A stretch of DNA of 8,130 nt from a virus (Duplodnaviria; Heunggongvirae; Uroviricota; Caudoviricetes), in the IMG/VR virus record IMGVR_UViG_2654587509_000003, positions 1 through 8,130 of that record; one strand, 5' to 3'. The notes under the pieces were generated by a model. It ran no database searches. It was not told the origin of the DNA and saw only the letters and a list, made by a program, of their open reading frames with translations. This document shows, in pieces, positions 6,920-8,130 of the stretch; the stretch's first letter is position 1, and each line of letters starts with the position of its first letter. A program made the position numbers and the translations under genes.

Positions 6920-6938
6920 GTATTTCTAACTAGTGACT

Positions 6939-7547
6939 TTATTGCAACAGATTCTGACGGAAATATGGTAACACACGACTCCACTTATCATCCTGCCACG
7001 GTTGGAATTTTACATGCGCCGTTTCTCTGGCAAGGGTTTCTCGCGCCCTGTTGAGTATCCGAGGATATTCTTGTTCGATTGAAGTGAATCTACCTGCTTC
7101 GCGATGCTCTGCGACCTGAAGAAGGGGCGTAACGTTCTGGCAGGCGGTTAACATCGTATCACTTGCTCGCCATAACCAGGAGAGTGTGCAAAGTTCGTTA
7201 TCAGTGAATTGTTTTGTGATTGGGGATTGTTGAACTTCTCGATCGAGAATATCCAGAACCCAGCGGCGGAATTCTTTGGCCACAGGAGTACGAGCAAACA
7301 TGGCGATCAAATGGGCTCCGCGAAGGCTAAATACTCGAGACTCCTGCATTCCACGAGGGGTGGTCACTTTGACCACCCTTGTCATCATATCTGTGAATTC
7401 ATCTGAGTGCCGAGAGTAAATGCGCTGAACTGCTTTATCGTCCGCATATTCCAGTGCTAAACCAACTTCAGTGGCAGTAAGCCAAATTCTGTTATTGTGG
7501 CAAATCGGGGTAAACGTCGTTTTGTGGAATGCTAATTGAGTAGTCAT
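6939..7547 (-). CDS. Bro-N / antirepressor-like DNA-binding domain protein (Roi/Ant-like) with uncharacterised C-terminal domain
   Basis: 202 aa. N-terminal NNRIWLTATEVGLALEYADDKAVQRIY...RVFSLRGAHLIAMFARTPVAKEFRRWVLDIL fits the Bro-N / ORF6N-type pattern as recalled. GAGGTG Shine-Dalgarno before ATG 7547. GC about 55%. Confidence 0.6.
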   Translation of the reverse strand: MTTQLAFHKTTFTPICHNNRIWLTATEVGLALEYADDKAVQRIYSRHSDEFTDMMTRVVKVTTPRGMQESRVFSLRGAHLIAMFARTPVAKEFRRWVLDILDREVQQSPITKQFTDNELCTLSWLWRASDTMLTACQNVTPLLQVAEHREAGRFTSIEQEYPRILNRARETLARETAHVKFQPWQDDKWSRVLPYFRQNLLQ

Positions 7548-7571
7548 AGTATCACCTCATCAGGTTAACCA

Positions 7572-7604
7572 TCACCACCAACGACGCCAATCGACTGGTG
7601 GTGA
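7572..7604 (-). promoter_or_regulatory. Perfect 9-bp inverted repeat (TCACCACCA-N15-TGGTGGTGA) in the upstream/5' region of the Bro-N-like gene
   Basis: Seen directly. Could be a protein operator or a 5'-UTR hairpin. No U-tract follows, so it is not a terminator. Confidence 0.3.
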
Positions 7605-7703
7605 ACTGTGTAAGGTTGGCGTAACCGGCTACTCAAACCCGGCGCTTCCGAAGAAGCCCTCACACAGCCCACCATAATTTGGGCATAGCCGTGCTTAGCG
7701 CAC

Positions 7704-7724
7704 AAAAAAACCGCTTAACGCGGT
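7704..7724 (-). terminator. Modest intrinsic terminator (tR-like) upstream of the Bro-N-like gene
   Basis: Minus-strand RNA ACCGC-GUUAA-GCGGU followed by 7 U (plus-strand A-run 7704-7710). Confidence 0.4.
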
Positions 7725-7810
7725 ATGCGTTGAGTAGTATCCCGGGACGCCAATCCCGTGTGCCGATTTTGCGGCAACGCACAGAATATAGCGCCGGATA
7801 AATCATGTCG

Positions 7811-8059
7811 TCAACCCCAGTAAATGGACACCATGATGATCACAGCCATAGCTGCTACAACAGTTACAACTACCTCAGGCCAAAACATAACGATTTCCAT
7901 ATCACCTTTAGCCGCCAGACGAATAGAGACTCCCAATTCTGGCTGTCGAAGTAAAACACCGAATGTAAAAAATCGTAGGTGCATTTCTGCATCTGTGAAT
8001 GGAGATGAGAGTTTGGATTGTGTGTGCGCATAAACGTCCCCGTTTAGCGCAGAAGTCAC
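7811..8059 (-). CDS. Hypothetical small protein (82 aa) with hydrophobic C-terminal segment; N-terminus encoded by repeat copy B
   Basis: GTG start inside the repeat. C-terminal MEIVMFWPEVVVTVVAAMAVIIMVSIYWG looks like a TM helix. No obvious Shine-Dalgarno, so coding status is uncertain. Confidence 0.3.
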   Translation of the reverse strand: MTSALNGDVYAHTQSKLSSPFTDAEMHLRFFTFGVLLRQPELGVSIRLAAKGDMEIVMFWPEVVVTVVAAMAVIIMVSIYWG

Positions 8060-8066
8060 CGGAGTT
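7965..8066. repeat. Direct repeat copy B (~102 bp)
   Basis: Partner of 6031-6132. The six differences are at repeat positions 2, 12, 21, 36, 41 and 58. Confidence 0.85.
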
Positions 8067-8130
8067 TTTTAGGCTCCGATGACAACATTATGGCTTTTTT
8101 ATTTCTAAATTCAAAACTTGAAAATATTAA

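Noticed and set aside
6520-7406. Plus-strand ORFs 6520-6720 and 7209-7406
   Set aside because: Antisense to the orphan 169-aa gene and the Bro-N-like gene respectively; no start signals.
7824-8033. Plus-strand ORF 7824-8033 (69 aa)
   Set aside because: Overlaps the repeat on the strand whose frame shows mostly non-synonymous differences between copies. The minus-strand frame is better supported, though itself uncertain.
1-8130. Scan for CRISPR arrays, tRNA or rRNA genes, IS-element terminal inverted repeats and integrase/attachment sites
   Set aside because: No spacer-repeat periodicity, no tRNA T-loop/D-loop signatures and no transposase-like ORF were seen. The only sizeable repeat is the 102-bp direct pair reported above.

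Overview
This 8.1 kb window reads as a slice of a lambdoid (P21 / DLP12 / Qin-like) enterobacterial prophage, with every credible gene on the minus strand. Reading high to low coordinate: a Bro-N-like gene, an orphan membrane-anchored gene, a tightly coupled nin/recombination block (ninB-like ybcN, ninE, ybcO, rusA, ylcG-like), a Q-type late antiterminator, an AT-rich cargo gene for a polytopic membrane protein, a P21-type lysis cassette (dual-start pinholin, SAR endolysin, Rz with embedded Rz1), and a Rha-family regulator. Five minus-strand intrinsic terminators and one plus-strand terminator are visible. The parts that look like accessory cargo, and the best candidates for something undescribed, are: (i) the low-GC membrane-protein gene between Q and the holin, possibly with a trailing small hydrophobic peptide ORF; (ii) a two-gene cassette (Bro-N-like gene plus orphan 169-aa gene) bracketed by ~102-bp direct repeats at ~94% identity; (iii) a possible plus-strand small RNA antisense to the late leader. 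All family assignments are from motif recognition by eye and memory; no database search, structure prediction or computed statistic was available. GC figures are hand counts of sample stretches.
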